The position numbers and the translations under genes are program-made. Shown one piece after another: positions 44,484-55,065 of a stretch of DNA of 64,000 nucleotides. The notes under the pieces are model-generated. The model searched no databases, was not told the origin of the DNA, and worked only from the letters and a program-made list of their open reading frames with translations. The DNA lies in NCBI RefSeq assembly GCF_000372725.1, contig NW_005202428.1:2828670-2892669 (forward strand), in the 5' to 3' direction. Source of the stretch: Emiliania huxleyi CCMP1516 (taxonomy: Eukaryota). Each line of letters starts with the position of its first letter. The first letter of the stretch is position 1.

Positions 44484-47130
44484 TCAGAAGCCGAACGCCT
44501 CCATCAGGTCGTCGGCCGTCGCATCCCCGCCGTGCACGTCCACCTCCGAGGCGTCAAACTTGTGCAGGCCGCCCGCCGCCTTCTTGCCCGACGCCTCGAG
44601 CTCCTGCATCTTCCGCACGCGCTCCTCCTCCACCGCGGCCGCCTCCTTGGCCTTGCGCGCCAGGTCCTCCTGCTTCTTCTTCAGGTCCGCCGCCTCGTCA
44701 AAGGCCGGCGCCGCCGCACCGGCGGCGGGCGCCTCGCCCGCCGCCTCCCCCCCGAGGTGGAGACCAACCTTCACGGTGCTCTCCGAGGTCGCCTGGATCG
44801 TGACCAGCTCCGACGACCCGTTGGCAGCCGCTTCCGCCGCTGCGGGCGCCGGCCCAGGCGCCTCCTCCTCGTCGCCGCCGCCCTCGCCCACGTCGCCAAA
44901 GCCAAACGCGTCCATCAGGTCGTCGGCCGTCGCGTCCCCGCCGTGCACGTCCACCTCCGAGGCGTCAAACTTGTGCAGGCCGCCCGCCGCCTTCTTGCCC
45001 GACGCCTCGAGCTCCTGCATCTTCCGCACGCGCTCCTCCTCCACCGCGGCCGCCTCCTTGGCCTTGCGCGCCAGGTCCTCCTGCTTCTTCTTCAGGTCCG
45101 CCGCCTCGTCAAAGGCCGGCGCCTCCCCCGACGCCGAGGCCCCCTCGGCCGCCTCCTCCTCCTTCTCCTCCTCCTTCTCCTCCTTCTCCTCCGCCTTCTC
45201 CTCCTTCTTCTCCTTCTTCTTCTTGGGCGGCGCCGTCTTGAGCCACTCGCGCTTGGCGAGCAGCTCCGTGTGCAGTGCGGGGCAGTCGTCCGACGAGGCC
45301 GGCGCGGTGAAGCCCAGCTTTGCGAACGAGGCGAGCGAGTCGACCGAGTGGCTGAGCTTGGTCGGCTTCGGCTTGTGCGGCGCCGCCGCGCCGCCGCCCG
45401 GGCCGGCCGTGCCGCCCTTCCGCTTGCCCTTCTTCGACTTGAGCGCGGCGAGGTAGTCGTCGTCGTCGTCGCGCTTGAGCACCTTGGTGCCCTTTGGCGC
45501 CTCCTCAGGCGAGACCTCCTTCTTGGCCTCCACCTCGACCGCGGCCTTGGGCAGGTACTTCTCGACATAGCTGATGAGCTGCTCGCAGAGGTACTTCTCC
45601 TCCTCCCACGGGTCGCGCTTCGCCTCCTCCTCCTCCTTAGCCAGGCGCCACGCCTCCCGCTCCGCCTCGCGCGCCGCGTTGCGCGCCTCCCACTCCTTTT
45701 GCTTTTGCTCGCGGATCGCCTTGGTGTAGGCGAACCACTCCTTGCGCTGCTCGTTGTGCTCGTCGCGGATGCGGCGCACCTGCGCGCGGGCGGCGATGGT
45801 CGAAGACGAAACTGCGGTGGGTGGCGGCCCGACCGGGTGCGGACCGAGGGAGGGACGCCGCCGGGGGCGAGGGCGGGGCGAGGGCGAGGGCGGTCCGAGG
45901 GCGGCGAGGGCCGGGGCGAGGGCGGGGCGAGGGCCGGGGGAGAGGGAGGAGAGGAGGAGCCGGTCGAGGATAGACGCGCGGCGGGGGTGCGGGTGCGGGG
46001 CCCTCCGCCGCGCCTCGTCGCGGATCTCGCCGATCTCCTTGCGCAGCTGGTCGCGCTCCTTGTAGAGGGCGGGCAGGTCGGAGCGCTTTGCGTCCTCCTT
46101 CGCCTTGGCCGCGTCCATCTCGGCGCGCCACTTCTCCTCCTCCTCCTTGGAGGAGTTGAGCTCGGCGTTCTTGGCCTTGAGCTGGGTGTACAGCTCGTTG
46201 TGGTGCTCCTTGACCCCGCGCAGCGACTCCTGCGCCTCGTCGAACTGCTTGATCATTGGCTTGTTTGCGGCGAGCCGCTTGATGTCCTCGATGATCTTCT
46301 TGTCCTCCTTGACCGAGGTGGAGGTGGTCTGCTGCTGCATCTCCAGCGCCTGTGAGGCGAGGCCACGGGTGTCGGCGCGTGCGCCGCGCGCCGCCGCCGA
46401 GGCGTGGCCCGAGCGAGAGTGGCCGCTGGCTGCGTCCGGCCGGCGGCCGCCGAGCCGCCGCCGCCCTGTGGGGGAGTGGTGTCCCTCCGCGCGCGCTCCG
46501 CACCTTGATCTTCCGCTCGATGTCCTCGACGGAGAAGAACTGCAGCTCCGCCTTTAGCCGCTGGGTCAGGTCCTGCTGCTGCTTCTTGAGCTCGTCCGCC
46601 GAGGAGATCTGGTCATAGATGGACCGCTTCTCTTGCAGCAGCCGGCGCGATTCGGCGCGGACCACGTTGAACTTGCTGCGAGCGGCCGTGAACTCGGCGT
46701 TCTCGGTCGGCTGGTTGCGCGTGTCCACCGTCGCCTTGATCTGCTCCAGCCGCGCCTGCTTGTCCACGAGCTTGTCGTCCTGCTCCTGCAGACGCTGCTT
46801 CAGCAGAGCGTCGTCTGGCTTGCTGACCTTCTTGATCTCCTTTGGCTTCTCGTCCTTGGGCTTCTCCTCGACGGGCCCGGCATCCTACCGCCGGGACAGG
46901 CGGGGGTTGGAGTCACGCGGAACGCAAAAGCAGCAGAACACCATCGGTTCTGCGTGCAGCGCTCCCGGCGCAGGCGCTGAGACCGCCTCTGCCCTCTGTG
47001 CTTGGCTGCCGCCGCAGCCCCGTCCCGAGGCACGCACACGCGCAGCAGAAGGCCGTGTGTGTGTGGCGTCGCCGCCGGTGGCGCGCACCGTTGGGACGGG
47101 CTCAGCGTTCGCGGCCTCTTCTGCTGCCAT
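44484..47130 (-). CDS. BFR1/proton-pump-interactor-like coiled-coil protein (4 exons)
   Basis: KKVSKPD…, long coiled coil, FFSVEDIERKI…SVKEDKKIIEDIKRL, DPWEEEKYLCEQLISY, KLSHSVDSLASFAKLGFTAP…ELLAKREW. Introns about 45782-46014, 46351-46504 and 46886-47088. Confidence 0.75.
44487..45123 (-). repeat. Near-perfect ~225-bp intragenic duplication (44487-44712 and 44898-45123)
   Basis: Both copies encode APAFDEAADLKKKQEDL…GGDATADDLM(D/E)AFGF. Confidence 0.95.
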
Positions 47131-47365
47131 CAGCTTTCTTGCGCTTAGCGCGGAGCCACGCCGCCCCTGAAAGATAGGATGCAGGCAAAAAGAAAGCAGC
47201 GCCAAAAAACAAGCCGCTTTCGCACGGATCGGCCCTCTTTATTTCGCGACCTCGGCCTCACGGGTCACGGCGCAACCCGGCTCTTTCTTGGAGCACTTAC
47301 TTGGTCTTGGAGTGCGATTGGTTGGTAACCTCAGTCCTCACACCCAGGGCAAAGAAAGAAAGAGT

Positions 47366-48258
47366 CTGAGGGAGGGTGTAGAGGATGTAGAGTGTAGAGC
47401 GCTGTAGAGCTGTAGAGCTGTAGAGCTGTAGAGCGCTGTAGAGCTGTAGAGCTCTACATCCGGCGCGTGACGATGTGAGTCCGATGTAGAGCGATGTAGA
47501 GCGCGATTTTGCTGTAGAGTTGGTTGTAGAGGCTCTACAGCCAAACCGCCGGGAAGGCAGTGACTCAAAGAGGTCGAGTCGCACTAATGGGGTGTCTCCG
47601 AGCTTACTGGAGCTCTGATGGACGGCCCTGACTATCCCTGACACACAGAGAGTCACTCTGACGGCACACAACACCCTATAACTGCGTCATGACCAGCCTG
47701 CCATGCGTCGCCGGTGCCGCATTCGTCGCTGTGCTTCGTTAGCAGGCGGTGGACTGTCGGCTGCGAGGACGATCGCATTTGCGCGAGGCGAGGCGGGCAT
47801 TGCTGCGCGTTGCATGCGCCATGACTCGCGCCAGCGCGTGCGGGAGCTCCTGGCTGAGCGTTGAGTCCAGGCGAGTTGCGCTGGCCACTATCGCTACGCC
47901 GAGCCGAGCTGACGCGCCGAGGCGCCGGCCAGTCGCAGCCGTGAGGCATGCCACAGCAGCAGAGGCACCTGCCACCCATTGGGCGGGCAGACAGAACGCC
48001 AGGGCAGCACTGGCAAGTGCAACGCGCCTCATGTCGGAGAGCGACCGTGCCTCGTTCGCCGCTTACGATGTAGAGTTTGTTGTAGAGATTTCACGTTGTA
48101 GAGCGCCTCTACATCGCTCTACAACGCACCCGCCTCGTCACGCGGCGGATGTAGAGCTCTACAGCTCTACAGCGCTCCAGAGCACTCTACATCTCTACAT
48201 CTCTACAGCGCTCTACACTCTACATCCTCTACACACCCCTAGCTACACCCTCCCTCAG
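47366..48258. mobile_element. MITE-like element with TIRs and subterminal TGTAGAG repeats
   Basis: CTGAGGGAGGGTGTAG at 47366-47381 and its exact reverse complement at 48243-48258. Arrays of TGTAGAG on the left and CTCTACA on the right. Confidence 0.75.
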
Positions 48259-50117
48259 GCCAGATGATCGGCATCGGGTTGCGGGCTAGAGAGCCCTAGC
48301 CCTGGGGGGTGCGCGTTCGCAGGGAAAGGGCCGTAAAGTAAACACGGGTCTCCGAGGGTTGGTCTGCGCTTTGGGTTTCCCCTAGCTGCGGAGCACCCCC
48401 CCTCTACTCGGAGCTATAATGGACACCCCAGCCAGACACGCACACGACGTACATCCCCACTCGACGTCACCCCTCTGGCCTCTGGGGCTCTCCTATCCTC
48501 CCGGTCCTCCCCTCGGCTCGCTTTCCGCTGGTCGGGCAGCGGCTGCGGAGCCCGCCTTCCCCTCTTATGCTTCTTCGGCCGCGGCCCCGTCGCCGTCTCG
48601 TCTTCTCTGCCTGATCCTGTTGACTCCGCCTCCGGCGATCCCGTGCCCGACTCCCCGGGCGAGGGCGGTGGCGTTGGGTCGTGTCGCCTCCCCTCCCCGG
48701 GGGGTCGGGCCGGCTCTCCTTGGTCGACGAGTCGCGCCCGCATCCGCGGTCTCTCTATCGTACTCGGCTCGCCCCCCCCCTCCACCGGCTCCTCGTCGAG
48801 CTCGGGGGGTCGCGGCCCTCCTTGTCGTAGTTCACGATGGTCCGGCTGTGCCGCCGCGACGGATCTGCCCCCGGCGAGTTCGTGTGTCCCGACTCCACTC
48901 GCAGAGGCCGAGCCAGCTCGTCTCTCGCCTCCTCCGGTAGTTGACCCCAACCCCCACCTGGAGCCCCCGGCGTTGGCTGGGCCGCGCGCCGGCACGAGCC
49001 GCGCCATGGCGGGCCGAACCTCCCGCCTGTGGCTGCGGGTGACGATATGTGCGCAGAGCCGAAGGCTCTGCCAGAGAGCACCAACACCAAGGCCATGACG
49101 GGCCACTACACACCGCCTTCCCCGGCGGGACGCCCCACGGGCCGCGGCCCGAGGCGCCGCGAGGGGGCGAGCAGGGCCACGCGAGCGTCTCGCCGCAAGT
49201 GCATGCTGCCATCCTGGCCGAACTGGCCGATGTGCGAGCGACGGTGGAGAGACTCAACAAGATGGACAAGATGCGCAAGGAGAAGGAGGCGCTTCAGGCA
49301 CAACTCGGCCTCCGCGCCCGGCCGCCGCCGAGTTCACGGCTGCACGCGGCGGCGCCGCTGGCCCACCAGCCAGCGCGCGCCGCCCCGATGACGATCGGCC
49401 GTCGATCCCGAGGCACGAGGGTCGTCGGTTGAGCTAGGGAGCCTGGCGATGGACGCCACCGCGACCCCTCGTGGGGCATCTCTCTCGCCGTCGGCGAGCT
49501 CTCCGGACGATGGGGACCCCGACGCAAGCCCCGTGAACCACACCTCCAGCGGGCGAGTCAACCGGTCTCTCGCGGACGTGCAGCTAGCGCCTCTGAGCGC
49601 GGACGCGTGCAATGCCGGTAGGGGCACCGGGGCGCCGCTCTATGGCGCGGCGGCCCCCGTTGGCGGCGGCGCCGGCGCGGGACCCCCGGTCCCCGCAAAC
49701 CTCGGGCCTCACGGCCAACCATTAGGAACTCGCCCCCGCGACATGGCACAGCAGTGGTCGCCTGTGACAGGGCGGCCGCGGTGCACGTGCAGGTGGCGCC
49801 GGCGAGGGCGACCCCCCCTCCCCCCCCCCGACCAGGCGTCTCTTGTGACGGCGACGGTGGAGGCGATCCGGCACAAGGGTCGCGGCGAGCTGGATGGCCA
49901 GGAGGGCTAGTTACGGCGCTCGTAGGCGCGGCAAACGTTGAAAGAGCTTGCACGCGGAGCAGTCCAGATGCGGAGAGCGGCATTGTGCACGCGGAGCTCC
50001 AACGTGAGTGCATTGCCGTTCTCACGACTGCGTCGCATATAGGCGGGCCGGCTCCGGTGCTTTGCTTGCCTGCGTTAGGAATTCTAGGGCCAGCGCCAGA
50101 GCAGTCCATTTGAGAGG

Positions 50118-50667
50118 GTCGTCTGGCTTGCTGACCTTCTTGATCTCCTTTGGCTTCTCGTCCTTGGGCTTCTCCTCGACGGGCCCGGCATCCTACCGCC
50201 GGGACAGGCGGGGGTTGGAGTCACGCGGAACGCAAAAGCAGCAGAACACCATCGGTTCTGCGTGCAGCGCTCCCGGCGCAGGCGCTGAGACCGCCTCTGC
50301 CCTCTGTGCTTGGCTGCCGCCGCAGCCCCGTCCCGAGGCACGCACACGCGCAGCAGAAGGCCGTGTGTGTGTGGCGTCGCCGCCGGTGGCGCGCACCGTT
50401 GGGACGGGCTCAGCGTTCGCGGCCTCTTCTGCTGCCATCAGCTTTCTTGCGCTTAGCGCGGAGCCACGCCGCCCCTGAAAGATAGGATGCAGGCAAAAAG
50501 AAAGCAGCGCCGAAAAACAAGCCGCTTTCGCACGGATCGGCCCTCTTTATTTCGCGACCTCGGCCTCACGGGTCACGGCGCAACCCGGCTCTTTCTTGGA
50601 GCACTTACTTGGTCTTGGAGTGCGATTGGTTGGTAACCTCAGTCCTCACACCCAGGGCAAAGAAAGA
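50118..50667 (-). repeat. ~550-bp direct duplicate of 46810-47358 (promoter, exon 1, intron 1 and start of exon 2 of the BFR1-like gene)
   Basis: Nearly base-for-base identical by eye; the ORF track gives identical translations at 46842..47177 and 50150..50485. Confidence 0.95.
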
Positions 50668-50714
50668 GTTTAAGGGCGAAAAGAAAGAGGTGTTGCTGAG
50701 GTGAGCGGCAATTC

Positions 50715-51010
50715 TTCTGTGTACCTGTGTTAGTCCTCCCATCCCTCCCTCCCTTGGATTCCCTGTGTTCTTTCTTTCTTTCTTTACCTGTGTTAGCGCC
50801 AGTGCGCGCCAGTCCCGTGCGTGCCCAGAAAGAAAGAAAATAGACAGCCAAGGGAGGGATGGGAGGACGGCACGCCGCCACCACACAGGGATTTTAATAC
50901 AGGGATTTAGTCCCGTGCAGACGCCGCAAAATTCGTCCGCAGAGAAGTCCGCGCCAGTCCGCGCCCTTGTCGTGCCAGTGTGCTGTGAGAGGCTGTTGAA
51001 AGAATTCTTC
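50715..51010. mobile_element. Cluster of short module A/C retroelement 3' fragments upstream of fabH
   Basis: cctcccatccctccc…(CTTT)n, cctgtgttagcgccagtgcgcgccagtcccgtgc and gggagggatgggaggacggcacgccgccaccacacagggattttaa, all shared with 12300-12860. Confidence 0.65.
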
Positions 51011-51073
51011 CGAGAGGGCACCCCTGAGGTGCACGAGGATCGGAACAGGCGTGTGACCGCAGTAACGACAGCG

Positions 51074-53082
51074 ATGCGGCTTCTGCTAATCGCAAGCGCG
51101 GTCGGACTGTCTCAGCAGCTCGGCGCCGTGCCTGCGAGCACGGCACGCGTCCAGAGGAGCAGGTTTCCGGCCGCCGGTGCAGAGAAACCGACAGAAGACC
51201 GCGGAAACCCACCGAGTGCGCCACCCCTGGATCTCAGGAGCGCGGCGCCACGCGCTGTCGAGGCTCACCGCGGTGCGCTCCGCTCGCGTCTCGTTGGCAT
51301 CGGCTCGGCTGCGCCGGACACCGTCGTGACCAACGAGCAGGTGAGCCCGCCGCCTCCTCTTCCCGCTCCCGCTGGCTCGCACAGGAGCTGAGCGCTCCCC
51401 GCCGCCTCGTCGCAGCTCTCGTCTGTGGTCGAGACTTCGGACGACTGGATCTCCCAGCGGACGGGCATCCGGCAGCGCCACCTGCTCGCGCCCGGCGAGG
51501 GCCTCTCCACGCTCGCGGCGCGGGCGGCGCAAAAAGCGCTCGAGAGCAGCGGCGTGGACGCGGCCTCGGTGGAGCTGGTGGTGCTGGCGACCTCGAGCCC
51601 GGACGACCTGTTTGGCGACGCCGCGCACGTCGCGCGCGAGGTTGGCGCCACCGGCGCCGTCGCCTTCGACCTCACCGCTGCGTGCTCCGGCAGCCGCGCT
51701 GCGCGGGCGAGGGAGGCGGCCGCTCTTTCTCCCGACGCCGCCGCCGCCCGCCGTCGCAGGTTTCCTCTTCGGCGTCACCACCGCGTCGCAGTTCCTGCAC
51801 ACTGGCGCGTATAAGACGGCGCTCGTCATCGGCGCCGACGCTCTCTCCCGCTGGGTGGACTGGAGCGATCGCAACACGTGCGCTGCGGGGGAGGGAGGGG
51901 AGGGGAGGGATGGGAGGGAGGGAGGGGATGGGAGGGAGGGAGGGAGGGAGGGAGGGAGGGAGGGAGGGAGGGAGCTCGGAGTCCCCCCCCCCCCCCCGCA
52001 CACACACAGAGAGAGAGAGGGGGGGGGGGGAGTGGAGCTGCACCCTTCACCTCGCCCGACGCCTCCACCTGGCCCGAAAGGTGCGTCTTGTTTGGCGACG
52101 GCGCCGGTGCAGTCGTGCTGCAGGCGAGGCCTCGCCCCTCCGCCCCTTCTCTCCTCCTCTCCTCCGCCCCTTCTCTTCTCCTCTCCTCCGCCCCTCCTCT
52201 CCTCCGCCCCTCCGCCCCTCCGCCCCTCCGCCCCTCCGCCCCCTCCGCCCGCGTGCAGCCGTGTCACTGGCGAGCCTCCGCCCCTACGGCGCCCTCTCCC
52301 GTCGCCCTCCCGCCTCGACCCCTCTCCCTCCGCCCGTCCGCCCCCCCAGGCCGCCGTCGACGGCGAGGGAGAGGAAGGCGTGCTCGGCTTCGCGCTGCAC
52401 TCGAACGGCTCTCTCTATATATAGCACGCCGCACTCGCCCGCCCCCCAGGCCAGACCTCGGCACTGGCACCGACCCTCCGCCCACACTGCCTCCGCCCTC
52501 TCCCGCAGCCTCCGCCCCCGCCCCGTCTCCCCCCACCCCACCCCACCCCCACCCACCCGCCCCCTGCCCCGCAGGCGCCGGACGGCCCGACCTCTGCCTC
52601 GGGTACGCCGGTGCAGAGCGGCCGCTCGCGTCGGTCGCGTCCGTCACCACGGGGACGTACGCGCCCATCTCGATGGTCGGCAAGGAGGTGTACAAGTTTG
52701 CAACCTCGCGCGTGCCCGAGGTGGTGGGGGAGGCGCTCGAGAACGCGGGCGTCACTGCCGACGAGGCGAGCTGCGCGTGGCGGAGTAGCGCGAGGCCGCG
52801 CGGCTCGCGTGAGACGGGCGTGGCGCGACCGCGTAGGTGGACTGGCTGCTACTGCACCAGGCCAACATCCGCATCATGGAGACGGTGGCGAAGAAGCTCA
52901 AGATCCCGATGAGCAAGGTGATCAACAACCTCGACGAGTACGGAAACACCTCGGCGGGCTCCATCCCGCTCGCGCTCGACGCGGCCGTCCGCGCCGGCAA
53001 GGTGAAGAAGGGCGACGTCATCGCCATGGCGGGGTTTGGCGCCGGCCTCTCCTGGGGGTCTGCCGTGGTGCGATGGGGCTGA
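51074..53082 (+). CDS. fabH: 3-oxoacyl-ACP synthase III (KAS III), probably plastid-targeted, 7 exons
   Basis: [27 protein letters not shown] (Cys), [26 protein letters not shown] (His), [13 protein letters not shown] (Asn), GFGAGLSWG. Hydrophobic signal-like N-terminus [12 protein letters not shown]. Confidence 0.95.
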
Positions 53083-53341
53083 GCGCTCTGGCTGCGGCGC
53101 GCGGAGACGCCCGGCTCCGCTTGACCCTCTCCGCCATCCGAACAACCCGCCTATCCACCCGTGCGGTTCTCGCGCACGCGCTTTCGTGCCGTGCCTGACT
53201 GGGCGGGCGACTGCACCACTCGTGTCGAGCACGCTTTGCATGTGGCCATGTGTGGCATGTCGCGAGCCGTCACACACGTCGGACCGCCGGAGCCCCTGTG
53301 CTCTCTCCGTCTCTCCCTCTCTCTCGCGTTGTGAGTCTCGA

Positions 53342-53342
<1 letters not shown>

Positions 53343-53409
<67 letters not shown>

Positions 53410-53440
53410 CCCCCCCCCTCCCTCCCTCCCTCTCTCTCGA
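53343..53440. repeat. (CT)n microsatellite
   Basis: Directly visible. Confidence 0.97.
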
Positions 53441-55065
53441 TCGATCCCAGTTCCCCACCCGCTCGCTAAAACACCATCGTACTGTACTGTAAGACGTCCT
53501 TGCATCTTGCTGAAGTCTTGCAATTCATTGAATGGATTCATATCTTGTCAATAGTTCAATTCTTATAATCTATTTTTGTTGTATAATGTAAAAAGGAGAG
53601 CGCAAAGATTTCGCGTCAGGGCTCAGGGACGGTGCTCGGTGGAACTCTGGAACAGCCAGAGCCCACGAGACCCCAACGGAACACAGGAAAGTGGAAACGA
53701 ATCGTGGCACGTGTGAACCCGGAAACGCATATGAGCAGGACGTCGAATATAGGAAACCGAGATGGACACGGACGTCCTATCGAACGCGCAATCGCATAAA
53801 ACTTCTAAGTTTCTATCGGGTCAGCCCCCACTCCGATAGTCAGATAGGCGCGGATAGCGATACGATTGCAGGGCTCCCCCAGGCCCAGCACGCAGCACCC
53901 AGGGGGTCCGCAGCGCGCCAAGAATGCTAATCCTCTAAAATCTGTGAGGATTCAGGATTGAAGCATCCGCTTTTCAGTGTACAGTGAGGTCAAAGTGGGT
54001 TTATGGATGGGTAAGTAAGAACGGTGGTCGGTGCGGGACACGAGGAGGCAGGCGGACCGTCGACCGATTCAGGTCGGCCCGGAGGCCGGAGCATCAGAGT
54101 ACTCGTGAGGGGCGGCGCTACGAGAACTTTTGGCGATGGACAGCGTCTTTTTTCCTGCCGCCAACGTTCGTTCGTTTTCGCAGTTCGCGCCTTCCACAGC
54201 CGGCGCGGTGGCTGCGTTCGTTCGAGTTCGGAGTTCACGAAATCCGCGCGAACTCGAAGGGCTGTCGCCGTCCTCGCAGTTGTGGTCGCGGCCATTGTCG
54301 CGGCGAGCAGCGCCGGCCTTTACTCCGAGTTACTCGCTAAGCTATGTGAACACACCAGTGAGGGAGGGCGAGACGATCGAGGGGTCCTGTACCACATGCG
54401 GAATCGACACAGATCGCACATTGTGGCAGCAGTCAGCAGTGCATGTCTGATAGCTAGAGCAGCAGCGTCAGGGTCGCAGGGTCGGATCGTGTCAAGCCTC
54501 TCGCCCGGCCGGCCGCGTGCAGACGTCGGCCTGTCTGCTGTCTGGAGTGATCTGTCGGCGGTCAGTACGACCGATCAGGTCGGAGTTTTCTGATGGTTGG
54601 AGGGTCTATCTGTGTGTGCTCCTCGAGATCTTTCCAAATCTGCCCTCTACTTAACCGTCCTTAATCGGGAAGTCGGTGCTAGTATGTGTTTGTTGAGACT
54701 AGTAGAGCCAGAGCCCCGTTTCCGCACTGCTGCGCGGCGCACGGTGCCTCCGGGGGCCCCCGCGCCCCCTCAGAGGTGTGGTGGCGGCGTGTGCCGTCCT
54801 CCCATCCCTCCCAGGGCTGTTTTAGTCTTTTTAGTGCCAGGTTTGTAAATAAAGAGAACTTGTTTCGGCCGGGCGATTTTTCTTCTTTTCCACGGCAATG
54901 CCCTCCCCCACCCCCCCCTCTGTCTGTTTGTTGGCAGGGAATTTGGGAGAGTCGGCCTACCGAGGACTCACAGCTTACCCTCTCCCCTCCCCCCCTCTCC
55001 CGCCGCCCCCTGGTCGGCCCATCAGGGCCTCGCCCCAGGCCGTTCCTGTCGGGCCGACCCACACA

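Noticed and set aside
53440..54900. ORFs and possible ncRNA between fabH and the myosin
   Set aside because: Only repeat fragments were recognisable. No tRNA or rRNA features were seen here or elsewhere in the window.
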